Shown: positions 9,294 through 20,278, counted from the stretch's first letter. The stretch is DNA of 64,000 nt from Clostridiales bacterium (GCA_021736985.1 JAIPEW010000012.1:13526-77525); one strand, 5' to 3'. The notes: a model not told the origin generated them from the sequence alone. A program made the numbers and translations.

Positions 9294-10673
9294 TTGATCT
9301 CACCATGTAAAAAAACAATATTCTCTTACAGTAGAATATATTTAACCATTTCTTTTATCTTGATAACAATATCGATTTTTCTAGCAGCAAGTAATTTTAT
9401 ATTGTGGAAAGTAGTAGTTGAAGGTAAAAATGCTGCAGTATCTCAAGATCGCCAGAGTATAAAAGAAGCTGTTCGAAAATTGCATAAGCAGAAAGAAAGT
9501 AAGTACGGATTTGAAGTTGATACAAAACAGGACTTGAGAATTATGCCTTTACTGACATTAAAGCCGCGTGATTTTACATGCGCTAAAACCCGGGATGAAA
9601 TTATTAATCAACTAAATGATAAGGTGGATTTTACAACCAGCGGTGTAGCAATTGTTATTAATGGTAAGGAAAGGGTGTATGTAAGCAATATTGAAACTGC
9701 TAGAAAAAGTTTGAAAAAAATAGAAGACAAGTATTGCAGCCGGCAAGATGCTGCAGTAAGTTTTAAAGAAGAGATTAAATTAACAAGCATGGATGATATT
9801 CTAGCAAATAAAATTGATGATTTGAATAGTGCTGTGGATAAACTTGGCGGTAATGCTCAAAAGACAGAATATTATTGGATACAGGAAGGCGATACCCTGT
9901 GGGATATAGCTTCAGAAAAGGGTATAAAAAGAGAAAAAATATTACAGTTGAATGACGAAATTAAAAATAAAAAATTGCACGTGGGGCAAAAAATTAAGCT
10001 TGTTCAAAAAAAACATTTACTTAACGTAATAACCCGGTATAAAGATGTTCAATGCGAGGATATCCCGTACAGTGTAATGCAAAAAAAGGATAATGAGCTT
10101 GATATTACTGAAAATAAACTAATACAAAAAGGTATTCCAGGTAAAAAAAGAACAATATACCAGGTTGTTGAGGAAAATGGTGCAATAGTTAAACAAAAAA
10201 CAGTAAACCAGGAAATAATTAAAGAACCTCGTCCACAAATTGAAGTTACCGGAAATGATGCGCTGTTGGCTTACAGGTCAGGTAGAGAGATACACTGGCC
10301 GGTACAAGGTAATATAACTTCCGGGTTTGGCTGGAGGCATGGAGAAATGCACAGCGGCGTTGATATTGCAGCTTCTTATGGGGCCCCGGTAGTTGCTATG
10401 ATGTCAGGAAATGTCCAGGTCGCAAAAACTAAAAAACAATATGGAAAATTAATAAAGATAGTGCATAAAAACGGGTTAGCAACTAAATATGCACACTTAT
10501 CCAGTATACTGGTACCTGTGGGAAAGGTGGTATCCAGTGGCGAGAAAATTGGCTCGATAGGTGTAACAGGTAATGCTACAGGCCCTCACCTGCACTTTGA
10601 AGTCTTGATAAACGGAAAAACAGTTGATCCTTTAGAATATTTTAAAAGTTGTGGTATTAACCATAATAATTAA
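9294..10673 (+). CDS. LysM/G5/M23 peptidoglycan DD-endopeptidase
   Basis: N-terminal TM, LysM (GDTLWDIA), G5-like segment, HSGVD and HLHFE motifs. Confidence 0.9.
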   Translation: MISPCKKTIFSYSRIYLTISFILITISIFLAASNFILWKVVVEGKNAAVSQDRQSIKEAVRKLHKQKESKYGFEVDTKQDLRIMPLLTLKPRDFTCAKTRDEIINQLNDKVDFTTSGVAIVINGKERVYVSNIETARKSLKKIEDKYCSRQDAAVSFKEEIKLTSMDDILANKIDDLNSAVDKLGGNAQKTEYYWIQEGDTLWDIASEKGIKREKILQLNDEIKNKKLHVGQKIKLVQKKHLLNVITRYKDVQCEDIPYSVMQKKDNELDITENKLIQKGIPGKKRTIYQVVEENGAIVKQKTVNQEIIKEPRPQIEVTGNDALLAYRSGREIHWPVQGNITSGFGWRHGEMHSGVDIAASYGAPVVAMMSGNVQVAKTKKQYGKLIKIVHKNGLATKYAHLSSILVPVGKVVSSGEKIGSIGVTGNATGPHLHFEVLINGKTVDPLEYFKSCGINHNN

Positions 10674-10838
10674 ATCCCCACGGGCTTTCTAACTACAAAG
10701 GAATTTAAAATTCTTTTGCAGCTAAGTGAATGCCGGTGTTTTTTTTAGGAGATTCCGTGTTTTCTTCCGTAAATTTACCGGCCCCCTTAATTTGCAGATT
10801 GTTATCGCACCATAGCTTTCAGGTAATTTTCTATTTAA
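10670..10838 (-). repeat. TTAA-bounded modular element, degenerate copy
   Basis: Reverse complement reads TTAAATAGAAAATTACCTGAAAGCTATGG...ATAACAATCTGCAAATT...CCCGTGGGGATTTAA, matching the copies at 25305 and 28731. Confidence 0.8.
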
Positions 10839-11007
10839 TAAGCAGGGGGGGGGGATGGGGTAGCCCCGGGTGTTTACGTTCATCATATTGAGCAGCTGTC
10901 TGGTTCAAGATAAGGGCAATAAAATGAATTACCAAAAAACGTTCTTGCTCGATTAAATTATATGTATTATATTATAATATATAATTTCAAAGTAATTAAC
11001 TTTAAGA

Positions 11008-11607
11008 GTGCAGGAAAGAAGTGATTATGTGTCTATTTTTATAAATGCATCGAAAAACAAAAAAAGACAAAAAATTATTTTCTTCATAACAGCTGTCCTG
11101 ATGGCAGCCGGGCTTATTGGATCTACCCTGATAGGTGCTTTTGCCAGTAATGAAGCTAAGACGGCATCTCAGCAAATGACTCAGCCAGGTGCAAATAATG
11201 TATCTCAACTAGAAAAACAGGTGAAAGAAAATCCTCAAAATGCCGACTTGCTTGAAAAGTTGGCAAAGGCTTATTACAGGGAAAACCAGTTGGACAAGTC
11301 AATAAAAAGTTATAAAAAAGCCCTGGAACTTGAGCCTGCGAGCGCGGAACTTCGCACATCTTATGCTATTACTTTATTTGATGCCAATGAGTATAAAAAA
11401 GCCGTGGATCAAATGGAAAAAGAGATAAAACAAAATCCAGGTAACAATACAGCACATTTTTACCTGGGAGAATTCTATGCTTACGGCTTAAAAGATTATA
11501 GTAGTGCTATAGATGAATTAAATACATTTGTCAAAAATTCAAAAGCTGAAGACGAAAATGTTAAGCATGCAAAGCAAATAATTAAGGAGCTGGATAAAAA
11601 AGAGTAA
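11008..11607 (+). CDS. Membrane-anchored tetratricopeptide repeat protein
   Basis: N-terminal TM followed by TPR motifs (YKKALELEP, AHFYLG); start uncertain. Confidence 0.8.
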   Translation: MQERSDYVSIFINASKNKKRQKIIFFITAVLMAAGLIGSTLIGAFASNEAKTASQQMTQPGANNVSQLEKQVKENPQNADLLEKLAKAYYRENQLDKSIKSYKKALELEPASAELRTSYAITLFDANEYKKAVDQMEKEIKQNPGNNTAHFYLGEFYAYGLKDYSSAIDELNTFVKNSKAEDENVKHAKQIIKELDKKE

Positions 11608-11718
11608 GTCTAAAAAATTAAGGCTGGGTTGTAAAACCTGGCCTTTAATATGCTTAGTTGTTAACAAAATATTCCATAGTATTAATTAACTAATTGTAAA
11701 AATTAGGGGAGCTGCATA

Positions 11719-12606
11719 ATGTTCGGTCAAAAAGTTGCTAAAATAACCAGGGTTTTTATTGTATTTTTACTTGCTGTTTTTATGACAATAACCTTATTTT
11801 TACTGTGGATGCCCTTAAACGCAAGGACATATTTCTATGAGATTTACCGTGAATTACTTAAAACAAAAACAATAGTCAATACATGGGCCTGGGACTCTCT
11901 GGAAAGCAAGCATTTTGTATTACGGTACAAGGCCGGAGATGAAAAAAATGCTCAAATGGTAATTAAAGTAGCAGAAAAGTATTTTAAATTACTTGCGAAT
12001 AAGTATGAATTTGCTATTTCAACAAAAATACCGGTTATAATATATCCTACGCGAAAAGAATTAAATTCATATTTTGGCTGGCCGGCCAGTGAAAGTGCCA
12101 TGGGTGTGTACTGGGGAGGAGTAATTAGAATTCTTTCTCCCGAAGCATGGATTGAGTATAAGCATGAACAGGAGAAAAACGAGATATTTGATTTACAAGG
12201 TCCTGTTGCTCATGAATTAACTCACCTAATAATCGATTATAAATGCAGGGGAAATTATCCCCGCTGGTTTACAGAAGGTGTGGCACAATATGAAGAATTT
12301 AAACTTACCGGGTATATTATTGGAAGTTCTGAAAAAAAACTTAATGCAAGACATTACTCTTTTGATAGAATAGGGACAGAATTTGATAAATTACCTGACC
12401 AAACGCTGGCTTACAGACAATCCTTATCCATGGTTCAGTATATAATAGAACACCATAATGAAGAAGAAATGAATAAAATAATAACAAAATTATCCAGCGG
12501 CTGGTCGTTAAATGATATATTCTGCGAAGTAATAACTTTAAATAATTTTGAAGAAAATTGGCAGATATGGTTAAATAATAAGGTGAAAGAAGGATATATT
12601 AAGTAA
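11719..12606 (+). CDS. Peptidase MA family (gluzincin) metallohydrolase
   Basis: AHELTH and WFTEGVAQY motifs, N-terminal TM. Confidence 0.8.
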   Translation: MFGQKVAKITRVFIVFLLAVFMTITLFLLWMPLNARTYFYEIYRELLKTKTIVNTWAWDSLESKHFVLRYKAGDEKNAQMVIKVAEKYFKLLANKYEFAISTKIPVIIYPTRKELNSYFGWPASESAMGVYWGGVIRILSPEAWIEYKHEQEKNEIFDLQGPVAHELTHLIIDYKCRGNYPRWFTEGVAQYEEFKLTGYIIGSSEKKLNARHYSFDRIGTEFDKLPDQTLAYRQSLSMVQYIIEHHNEEEMNKIITKLSSGWSLNDIFCEVITLNNFEENWQIWLNNKVKEGYIK

Positions 12607-12669
12607 ATGTTGAAATTTAAAAAATAACGTTAAATAAAATCATATTTTAGGAAGGAAGTTGCTCAGCAC

Positions 12670-13935
12670 ATGAAGCAAGCCGAATATAAATTAATGATTG
12701 AAGGAGGACGGTCATTAAACGGAAAAGTGCAAGTGAGCGGGGCTAAAAACGCTTCACTGGCTCACTTGTGTGCAGCAACAATGGCCAGAGATCCGGTTAT
12801 ACTTGAAAATGTGCCTGATATAAAAGATATCAGGGTGGTAATAGAAATATTGCAGGAAATTGGATGCGAAATTAGCTGGCTGGGCCCCGGTGAGTTAAAA
12901 CTTTTTGCGCCAGAAAAATTAAAAAGACAGCCGCCTTTTGAATTAGTAAGAAAATTAAGAGCTTCTAACCTTTTGTTGGGGCCCCTGATTGCTCGTTATG
13001 GCAGTGTGCAGTTAGCACTGCCAGGTGGATGCAATATAGGAGTGAGACCTATGGATCTGCATTTCAAGGGGCTGTCAGGGCTCGGGACTGAAATTAATGT
13101 TAATCAGGGTGTGGTGGAGTCTAACACAAGGGGACTTCAAGGTTCGAGAATTTACATGGATTTTCCAAGTGTTGGTGCTACAGAAAATATAATGATGGCA
13201 GCATGTATGGCCCGGGGACAAACGGTGCTGGAAAACGTAGCCAAAGAACCAGAAGTGGTTGACCTGGCTAACTTTTTAAACTGCATGGGAGTTAAAGTGC
13301 GCGGTGCTGGGACAGATATTATAAAGATCGACGGTAATTCAGAAATGGGCGGCTGCTCGCGATACTCCATAATTCCTGACCGAATAGAAGCAGGTACCTT
13401 TATGGTAGCTGCAGCTGCTACAGGGGGAAATGTAGAAGTAGAAAACGTGATTCCTTTTCACCTGGAACCCATTTCAGCAAAACTCCGGGAGGCTGGTGTA
13501 GAGGTTATTGAATTGGAAGAAAGCATAAAAGTTCGGGCAGGTAAAGATATGTATCCAGTAGATTTAAAAACCCTTCCTTATCCCGGTTTTCCTACTGATA
13601 TGCAGTCCCAGTTTATGAGCATGTTATGTGCTGTGCCTGGTACCAGTGTGATTGTAGAAAATATTTTTGAAAACCGGTTTCAAATTGTTGATGAACTTAA
13701 AAGAATGGGTGCAAATATAAAAGTAGAAGGCCGGGCTGCCATAGTAGAGGGCCCGGTACAGTTCCAGGGTGCGCATGTCAAAGCTACAGACCTGCGAGCT
13801 GGTGCAGCCCTGGTGGTTGCAGGGTTAATGGCAGAGGGGTGCACACAAATATCAAATGTTAAGTATATTGACCGCGGATATTACCTGTTGCAAGAAAAAA
13901 TGACAAATCTTGGAGCTGCGATATGGAGAGAATAG
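12670..13935 (+). CDS. murA: UDP-N-acetylglucosamine 1-carboxyvinyltransferase
   Basis: SGAKNA, LPGGCNIG, PGFPTDMQ, TDLRAGA. Confidence 0.97.
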   Translation: MKQAEYKLMIEGGRSLNGKVQVSGAKNASLAHLCAATMARDPVILENVPDIKDIRVVIEILQEIGCEISWLGPGELKLFAPEKLKRQPPFELVRKLRASNLLLGPLIARYGSVQLALPGGCNIGVRPMDLHFKGLSGLGTEINVNQGVVESNTRGLQGSRIYMDFPSVGATENIMMAACMARGQTVLENVAKEPEVVDLANFLNCMGVKVRGAGTDIIKIDGNSEMGGCSRYSIIPDRIEAGTFMVAAAATGGNVEVENVIPFHLEPISAKLREAGVEVIELEESIKVRAGKDMYPVDLKTLPYPGFPTDMQSQFMSMLCAVPGTSVIVENIFENRFQIVDELKRMGANIKVEGRAAIVEGPVQFQGAHVKATDLRAGAALVVAGLMAEGCTQISNVKYIDRGYYLLQEKMTNLGAAIWRE

Positions 13936-13938
13936 ATA

Positions 13939-14418
13939 TTGCAAATTGTTATACTGGCAGTAGGTAAACTAAAAAAAGAATACCTGTTGGAAGCACAAAA
14001 TGATTATGTTAAGCGTTTAAAGCCTTATGCACGCATTGAAATTAAGGAACTGCCGGGTAAGAATTTGCAAGAAAAACATAATCACAGCATAGCACAAAAA
14101 ATTAAGCAAAAAGAAGGCCAGAACATATTAAAAAAGATAAAAGAAAGCAGTTACGTAATAGTTTTAGACAGGTATGGTGAAGAAATAAATTCTAATGAAA
14201 TGTCGACTAAAATTAACAAATTGGGGGTCGGTGGAAAAAGTCATATAACTTTTATAATCGGCGGGTCGCTAGGTTTGAGCGCGGAAGTCCTTGACCGGGC
14301 TGATTGGAAACTGTCTTTTTCTAAGCTTACTTTCCCGTATCAATTAACGCGTATTATACTTTTGGAGCAGGTTTACCGGAGTTTCAAGATAATTAAAGGC
14401 GAAACGTACCATAAATGA
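13939..14418 (+). CDS. rlmH: 23S rRNA pseudouridine-1915 N3-methyltransferase
   Basis: AVGKLK, FIIGGSLG, LLEQVYR...YHK. Confidence 0.96.
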   Translation: MQIVILAVGKLKKEYLLEAQNDYVKRLKPYARIEIKELPGKNLQEKHNHSIAQKIKQKEGQNILKKIKESSYVIVLDRYGEEINSNEMSTKINKLGVGGKSHITFIIGGSLGLSAEVLDRADWKLSFSKLTFPYQLTRIILLEQVYRSFKIIKGETYHK

Positions 14419-14783
14419 TTTTTTTGTGACTGGCTATGGACTAAGATTAATTAATTAGTTAAAATATAAACAAGTATAAAAGATAAGAGTCAATGTGCAT
14501 TTTTTAGAATAAATCTAAATTATTGAGATAATTTAATGAAAATTTAAAAATCTAATTTTATAAGGAAGGAAAAATAAAAAATATAGCGAATTATTCATTA
14601 AATCAAGGTATAAGTGTTTTTAGTTAAAGTCATATAGATAGCTAATTCTTTTATTTTAAGTAGTAATGTGAAAAATCACTCAAAAGAGTCCCGAATTTTC
14701 ATTATTGTAAGGGGGTGCAACACAGCTACTATTTTAAATAGTCTGGTTCTTTAATTTGTATTTAATAAAAGGAGGTATTGTTA

Positions 14784-16202
14784 GTGGCTTTTGAACCCAA
14801 AGAGGAACAAAAAACAATAAATTATGAAGAAGCGCGTATTTACAGCCAGGAAGAATTGAGTAATTATACTGAAGAAGAGCTTAAAAATTATAAAATTAAG
14901 CATGATGTTCCCGATCTGGATGACCTGGAAAAAGGCCCGTGGCCAAGTTTTGTTACTGACGCCAAGCGGGAAGATTTGCACAGGAAAAAGCTTAATGATG
15001 AGCGGTTGCTAATCAGCAAAAATTGTGTAGAAGATTTGTTAGGTCAATTGCAGCTATCATTTGACCATGGTGAAACTCACTGGAAGCACGGAGGTATCGT
15101 TGGCGTTTTTGGATACGGCGGCGGTGTTATTGGAAGATATTCTGATGTACAAGAAGATTTCCCCGGTGTAGCTTCTTTCCATACTTTACGTGTAAACCAG
15201 GCAGCCAGTAAGTTTTATGATACTAACTACTTAAGAACTCTTTGTGACATGTGGGAATACCGCGGTAGTGGACTTCTAAACATGCATGGTTCTACCGGTG
15301 ATATCATCTTACTGGGAACTACCACCGAGCAGTTAGAACCTGTATTCCACGAAATGACTCATGAACTACAGCAGGATCTGGGCGGGTCTGGATCTAACCT
15401 GCGTACACCTTCTTGTTGTATTGGAAAGGCTCGCTGTGAGTGGTCTTGTATAGATACACAGGACATGTGCTACGAATTAACTCAATTCTATCAGGACGAA
15501 CTGCACCGCCCAATGTTCCCTTATAAGTTTAAGTTCAAGTTTGATGGTTGTCCTAATGGTTGTGTTGCATCTATTGCACGTTCAGATATGTCTTTCATTG
15601 GAACATGGAAAGATAATATTAAGATTGATCAAGACAAAGTAAAAGCTTATATTAATGGCGAAGCACAACCTAATGCAGGTTCACATAATGGAAGAGATTG
15701 GGGCAAATTCGACATACAAAAAGAAGTAATTGATAGATGCCCAACTGGCTGTATGTCCTTAGAAAATGGTGAACTGAAGATCGACAATGAAAATTGCAAT
15801 CGCTGCATGCACTGCATTAACGTAATGCCCCAGGCATTGAGACCTGGCGATGACAAAGGTGTAACTATCTTATTTGGAGCTAAAGCACCTATCCTGGAAG
15901 GCGCTCAAATGTCAGTAATGACTATTCCATTCATGAAAGCAGAACCCCCTTATGACAATATTAAAGATGTTATTGAAAACGTTTGGGATTGGTGGATGGA
16001 AGAAGGTAAAAACCGCGAGCGTCTCGGAGAACTTATACAGCGTAAGACCTTGCAGGAATTCCTTAAAGTTGTTGGAGTACCCGCAGCACCTCAGATGGTT
16101 ACTGCACCGAGGGCAAACCCCTATATATTCTGGAAAGAAGAAGACGTGCCTGGCGGGTTTGAAAGAGATGTTGAGGATTATCGTTCCAGGCATAAGAGGT
16201 AA
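14784..16202 (+). CDS. dsrA: Dissimilatory sulfite reductase alpha subunit
   Basis: GPWPSFV, THWKHGGIVGV, CIGKARC, KFKFDGCPNGC; GTG 14784 after GGAGGT. Confidence 0.98.
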   Translation: MAFEPKEEQKTINYEEARIYSQEELSNYTEEELKNYKIKHDVPDLDDLEKGPWPSFVTDAKREDLHRKKLNDERLLISKNCVEDLLGQLQLSFDHGETHWKHGGIVGVFGYGGGVIGRYSDVQEDFPGVASFHTLRVNQAASKFYDTNYLRTLCDMWEYRGSGLLNMHGSTGDIILLGTTTEQLEPVFHEMTHELQQDLGGSGSNLRTPSCCIGKARCEWSCIDTQDMCYELTQFYQDELHRPMFPYKFKFKFDGCPNGCVASIARSDMSFIGTWKDNIKIDQDKVKAYINGEAQPNAGSHNGRDWGKFDIQKEVIDRCPTGCMSLENGELKIDNENCNRCMHCINVMPQALRPGDDKGVTILFGAKAPILEGAQMSVMTIPFMKAEPPYDNIKDVIENVWDWWMEEGKNRERLGELIQRKTLQEFLKVVGVPAAPQMVTAPRANPYIFWKEEDVPGGFERDVEDYRSRHKR

Positions 16203-16311
16203 GTTAACTGCAGCAGCTTAACAGGTTAGCAAGTAATATGATTAATATTTTATGAATAAGGTAGACGCGCCGGATAAAACGGCCAGTTATACCATACAAG
16301 GAGGTAGTCAA

Positions 16312-17499
16312 ATGGCTCTATCAACAGAGAGATTGGGTAAATATGATCCTAATAATCCACAGGAAAACCGGGTTACTGACATTGGCCCACGCCATTTCTG
16401 GCAGTATTTCCCGGAAGTTATAAAAAATAATTACGGTAAATGGGCATACCATGATATTTTAGAACCGGGCATCATGGTGCACGTTTCTGAAACCGGAGAC
16501 AAAGTTTTCACAGTTAGGTGCGGCGGCGCACGCTTTATGACTGTTGAGCATGTGCGTGAAATTTGTGATATTGCTGATAAGCATTGTGATGGTCATGTGC
16601 GTTTTACTACACGTAATAACATTGAGTTTTTGACAGACAGCCATGATAAGATGGTAGCTATGAAAGAAGATATTAACAGCAGAAAGACCCCCCATGGCGG
16701 CTTTAAGTTCCCCATCGGTGGGACAGGCGCAGGAGTTACTAACATTGTTCATACACAGGGTTTTATTCACTGTCATACTCCGGCTACTGATGCTTCTTCC
16801 CTGGTTAAAGCAGTTATGGACGAAGTTTTTGATTATTTCACCGGTATGGAACTCCCGGCAAAGGTCAGGATTTCCATGGCATGCTGCCTGAACATGTGCG
16901 GTGCAGTTCACTGCTCGGATATTGCACTTTTGGGTGTACACAGGAAGCCGCCTATTGTAGACCATGAATATATTGATGCTATTTGTGAAATACCATTGGT
17001 AACAGCTGCTTGTCCTCTGGGAGCAATTTCACCTAGTAAAACGGAAAGCGGTAAAAAGACAGTTAAAATTAAAGAAGAACGCTGCATGTTCTGCGGTAAC
17101 TGCTACACAATGTGCCCCTCTGTTCCCATTTCTGATAAAGAAGGCGACGGCGTAGCTATACTGGCAGGAGGAAAGCTGTCCAACCGCATGACAGTACCCA
17201 AGTTCTCCAAGGTAGTTGTACCCTGGGCCCCGAACAATTTCCCCAGGTTCCCGGAAGTTGTAGATTACATTAAGAAAATTCTTAATGCATATTCTGAAAG
17301 TGCTAACAAGTATGAGCGCTTAGGAGATTGGGCAGAGCGTATTGGTTGGGAGAAATTCTTTGAAAAAACAGATATTCCCTTCTCCGAACATCTCATTGAT
17401 GACTATCGCCTGGCATATGACAGCTATCGTACCAGCACACAATTCAAATTTACCCAGGCAGCATGGGATGTTTCGAAAAAAGTAGGGGGTATTGATTAA
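16312..17499 (+). CDS. dsrB: Dissimilatory sulfite reductase beta subunit
   Basis: [37 protein letters not shown]; ATG 16312 after GGAGG. Confidence 0.98.
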   Translation: MALSTERLGKYDPNNPQENRVTDIGPRHFWQYFPEVIKNNYGKWAYHDILEPGIMVHVSETGDKVFTVRCGGARFMTVEHVREICDIADKHCDGHVRFTTRNNIEFLTDSHDKMVAMKEDINSRKTPHGGFKFPIGGTGAGVTNIVHTQGFIHCHTPATDASSLVKAVMDEVFDYFTGMELPAKVRISMACCLNMCGAVHCSDIALLGVHRKPPIVDHEYIDAICEIPLVTAACPLGAISPSKTESGKKTVKIKEERCMFCGNCYTMCPSVPISDKEGDGVAILAGGKLSNRMTVPKFSKVVVPWAPNNFPRFPEVVDYIKKILNAYSESANKYERLGDWAERIGWEKFFEKTDIPFSEHLIDDYRLAYDSYRTSTQFKFTQAAWDVSKKVGGID

Positions 17500-17527
17500 T
17501 ATTTACCTTTAAGGGAGCGATTAATAG

Positions 17528-17764
17528 ATGAGTACAGAGGATTATAAACAGGTAATTTTGGATCATGCCACAAATAGTAAAAAAACCAAGCTTTATTTCA
17601 GTGATTTGAAAAAAGCTGTTCAAAAGCAATATCCTGATGCTAAAACCCGAATGGTTAAGCAGGCAGCTACAGAGTTGATTAATGATGGTACAATGATTTA
17701 TTACTCTACTGGAAGCACAACCATGTACGGATTAAAAGGTAGAGGGATAACTGAAGACCAGTAA
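17528..17764 (+). CDS. dsrD: Dissimilatory sulfite reductase D protein
   Basis: 78 aa after dsrB, KTKLYFSD and YYSTGSTTMYGLK. Confidence 0.95.
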   Translation: MSTEDYKQVILDHATNSKKTKLYFSDLKKAVQKQYPDAKTRMVKQAATELINDGTMIYYSTGSTTMYGLKGRGITEDQ

Positions 17765-17780
17765 GGAAAGTATGAATTAT

Positions 17781-17817
17781 AAAGAGGGGCTGTAATTCTA
17801 TATAGCCCCTCTTTTTT
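17781..17817 (+). terminator. Terminator after dsrABD
   Basis: AAAGAGGGGCTGTA...TATAGCCCCTCTTTTTT. Confidence 0.8.
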
Positions 17818-17837
17818 AATAAAGGGAGGACAAAAAA

Positions 17838-18455
17838 ATGGTGCAAAGCTTCGAAGAATTTATTAGAGAACAAGTCAACATGTTAAAAGAAAATCCTGAA
17901 TGTGCAAATGCCCAGTATAACCTGGGAGTCTCCCTTATGCAGGAGGGTAAACTTGACAGGGCTATTGAATACTTTGATGAAGCTATAGCAAACAGTGGGC
18001 GTATGTTTGAAGCTTACGCAAATTTGGGTTATATATATTACATGAAGGATGACTTAGAAGGGGCAGCTGAAGCAAATAAAAAAGCCATAGAAATAGAACC
18101 TAGATATGCACGGGGATATGCTAACCTTGGTTTTGCATATTTGGAAATGGAGCAAACAGATGAAGCAATAAAGGCACTAGAAAAGGCTATTGAACTTAAC
18201 CCGACAATAGCACAGGCCTGGACAAACCTTATAAATGCCCATTTACAAAAGGATGATTCAAACAAAGCCATTGAAGTAGGGCAGAAGTTAATAGAATTTG
18301 CCCCTGACTTTTCTCTTGCCCATAATAATCTTGCTTATGCTTATTATGTAAATAATAATTATGAAAAAGCTATTCTTCACGTGGATAAAGCTTTAGAACT
18401 TGGATTTGAAGTACACAGTGATTTTCTTGATAAATTAGCTCCCTACCGAGAATAA
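17838..18455 (+). CDS. Tetratricopeptide repeat protein
   Basis: Repeated AxYNLG/AYANLG/AHNNLA TPR motifs. Confidence 0.9.
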   Translation: MVQSFEEFIREQVNMLKENPECANAQYNLGVSLMQEGKLDRAIEYFDEAIANSGRMFEAYANLGYIYYMKDDLEGAAEANKKAIEIEPRYARGYANLGFAYLEMEQTDEAIKALEKAIELNPTIAQAWTNLINAHLQKDDSNKAIEVGQKLIEFAPDFSLAHNNLAYAYYVNNNYEKAILHVDKALELGFEVHSDFLDKLAPYRE

Positions 18456-18457
18456 AA

Positions 18458-19081
18458 ATGATTAATAATAATTTATTTGAACAGTACAAAGGACTGGTTG
18501 TAGAAGCTGACAACAAGTTTGATGAAGTGTGTAAAGATAACAGTGCTTTAGTAAAATGCGGGCCCGGCTGTGCAGATTGCTGTTATTCTGTGTTTGGAGT
18601 GTTTTTAATAGAAGCTGTTTTTATCAAGCATCACTTTGATAAGCTGGATAGAAAATACAGGCGTGAAGCTTATTCCAGGAGCCTAAAGTACGATAAAAAG
18701 CTGCAGGATATAGAGAAAAAACTGCAGGTTTATAACAATAATTTAACTTTAAAAGCTGATATCATGGGTAGGAAGAGAATCAGGTGCCCGCTGTTAAATG
18801 ATCAAAATTTATGCATTCTTTACCCGTACAGACCTGTTACATGCAGGGTTTATGGGATACCTACAGTAATTAACGGTGAAACTCATTCTTGCTGGAAATC
18901 AGCATTCAAAAAAGACCAATCTTATGAAGCGTATGATATGGACAGCCTGTATAAAAAACTTTACTCAATGTCCAAAAAACTCTTGGAAATCAAAGGACAA
19001 AAAAACATGGAGCATGCGTCTCACTTAATATCAATCTCTAAGGTGATAAACACACCTGTAGATGAATTAATAAACAAATAA
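18458..19081 (+). CDS. YkgJ family cysteine-cluster protein
   Basis: CGPGCADCC...CPLL...CILYPYRPVTCRVYG. Confidence 0.88.
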   Translation: MINNNLFEQYKGLVVEADNKFDEVCKDNSALVKCGPGCADCCYSVFGVFLIEAVFIKHHFDKLDRKYRREAYSRSLKYDKKLQDIEKKLQVYNNNLTLKADIMGRKRIRCPLLNDQNLCILYPYRPVTCRVYGIPTVINGETHSCWKSAFKKDQSYEAYDMDSLYKKLYSMSKKLLEIKGQKNMEHASHLISISKVINTPVDELINK

Positions 19082-19117
19082 AAAACTCTCCTGCAATTGT
19101 TCACGGAGAGTTTTTTA
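19081..19117. terminator. Bidirectional terminator between convergent genes
   Basis: AAAAACTCTCC...GGAGAGTTTTTT with A- and T-tracts on both sides. Confidence 0.75.
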
Positions 19118-19122
19118 TTTGT

Positions 19123-20256
19123 TTATTGTAATTTCCCCAGTGATTCTTTAGCTATTTGCCCGATAGTCTTTTTAACCATATTTCCCTCACTGTAAATATC
19201 AATTTCGTATTTTTCATCAATTAATGATTTTAATCCATCTATGGATTGGTTTGATTTTAGATTACCTAATAATTGTGCTGCATATCCCCGAGATCGGGGG
19301 TTAGAATCATATAAAAACGGAATTATAACATATATAGAATCAATTAAACAATCAGGACATTTATACGCAATATTACTAAGTGCCCTTAATACCGGGGGTT
19401 GTAAAGACTTGTCCCTGTCTAGCAACCTTTGTAATTCAGGAACATAACCTGCAAATATTCCAGGGGAATCCTTAATTATTTCACCAATAGTATCGATTGC
19501 TCCCCATGATGATGCACCGGTGTCACGCATCGAGGATAACATATTCTTTAATAATTTAGAAATAACCGAGGGGTTATTTTTTGCTATTACTGCAGAGGCC
19601 TTTCCAAATAGATCTGCGGCCTTAAAGCGAAAAAGCTTATTACTGGAGTATAAAAAGCGCTGCAGGTCTCTTATTATTCTCTTGTCGTTTTTAGCCAGTT
19701 CTAACAGGTTATCAACATGATATCCTGCAATTATCTCTTTTAAATCCTTTTTGGTATACTGTTTTTCCTGTGAGATTTCGCCTGTATTTTTATTAGCAAA
19801 AGGTGTTGCCCTGTTCATTTTTTCCTTAACACCTTTAAGTGTTACTTCTTGAACATCGTCATGCAGTCTTATAAAATATAGACCTCCTGGTATTTTACGT
19901 CCCTTGTGAAAACCGTCGGGTATAATGAGGTGCGTTTCTGGATCATAATTTTCAACTATTTTTTGCAAGTAATCATCTTCGGGCAACAGGTCAAAGGCTA
20001 AATCCCAATCCATATTGCAGCTAAACACAAGTGCCTCGTTAAATGCTGTGCCCAGGTTATGTCCAGTAGCATCAAATGCATAAACTGCACCGCATGAACA
20101 AATACCTACAGGCATCTCTTGCATTCTTCGTTCCCTGAGTTCCTTGGGTGGATCTATAAGCTGCCCGCAAAAAGGACAAACTGGTTTCTCATTATGATCT
20201 CTTATTAAGGGACTCCTGGGAGTTATTTCTTCGGATTTTCTTTTACATTTCAACAT
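19123..20256 (-). CDS. DVU0298-like HEAT/PBS-lyase repeat protein with N-terminal Cys-rich domain
   Basis: CPFC...CSCGAVY N-terminal domain; C-terminal helical repeats with WGAIDTIGEI and RGYAAQLLG. Confidence 0.7.
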   Translation of the reverse strand: MLKCKRKSEEITPRSPLIRDHNEKPVCPFCGQLIDPPKELRERRMQEMPVGICSCGAVYAFDATGHNLGTAFNEALVFSCNMDWDLAFDLLPEDDYLQKIVENYDPETHLIIPDGFHKGRKIPGGLYFIRLHDDVQEVTLKGVKEKMNRATPFANKNTGEISQEKQYTKKDLKEIIAGYHVDNLLELAKNDKRIIRDLQRFLYSSNKLFRFKAADLFGKASAVIAKNNPSVISKLLKNMLSSMRDTGASSWGAIDTIGEIIKDSPGIFAGYVPELQRLLDRDKSLQPPVLRALSNIAYKCPDCLIDSIYVIIPFLYDSNPRSRGYAAQLLGNLKSNQSIDGLKSLIDEKYEIDIYSEGNMVKKTIGQIAKESLGKLQ

Positions 20257-20278
20257 GAAGCAGTTTTCCCCTTTCTAT

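Noticed and set aside
10845-10860. G10 run (and G9 at 49817-49825) as phase-variation or G-quadruplex signals
   Set aside because: Intergenic, not in a recognisable promoter spacer or ORF; may be simple slippage or homopolymer error.
14401-14418. rlmH 3' end resembling the SCCmec attachment sequence as proof of an island
   Set aside because: The similarity is forced by the conserved YHK-stop coding sequence; I found no second copy and no recombinase.
14666-14683. TGTGA-aaaa-TCACT upstream of dsrA as a Rex/CRP site
   Set aside because: The half-site spacing is 4 rather than 6 bp; too weak in AT-rich DNA.
16203-16311. 109-bp dsrA-dsrB spacer or a 20-aa longer DsrB
   Set aside because: The RBS supports ATG 16312, and the spacer has only weak hairpins and no similarity to the repeat family.
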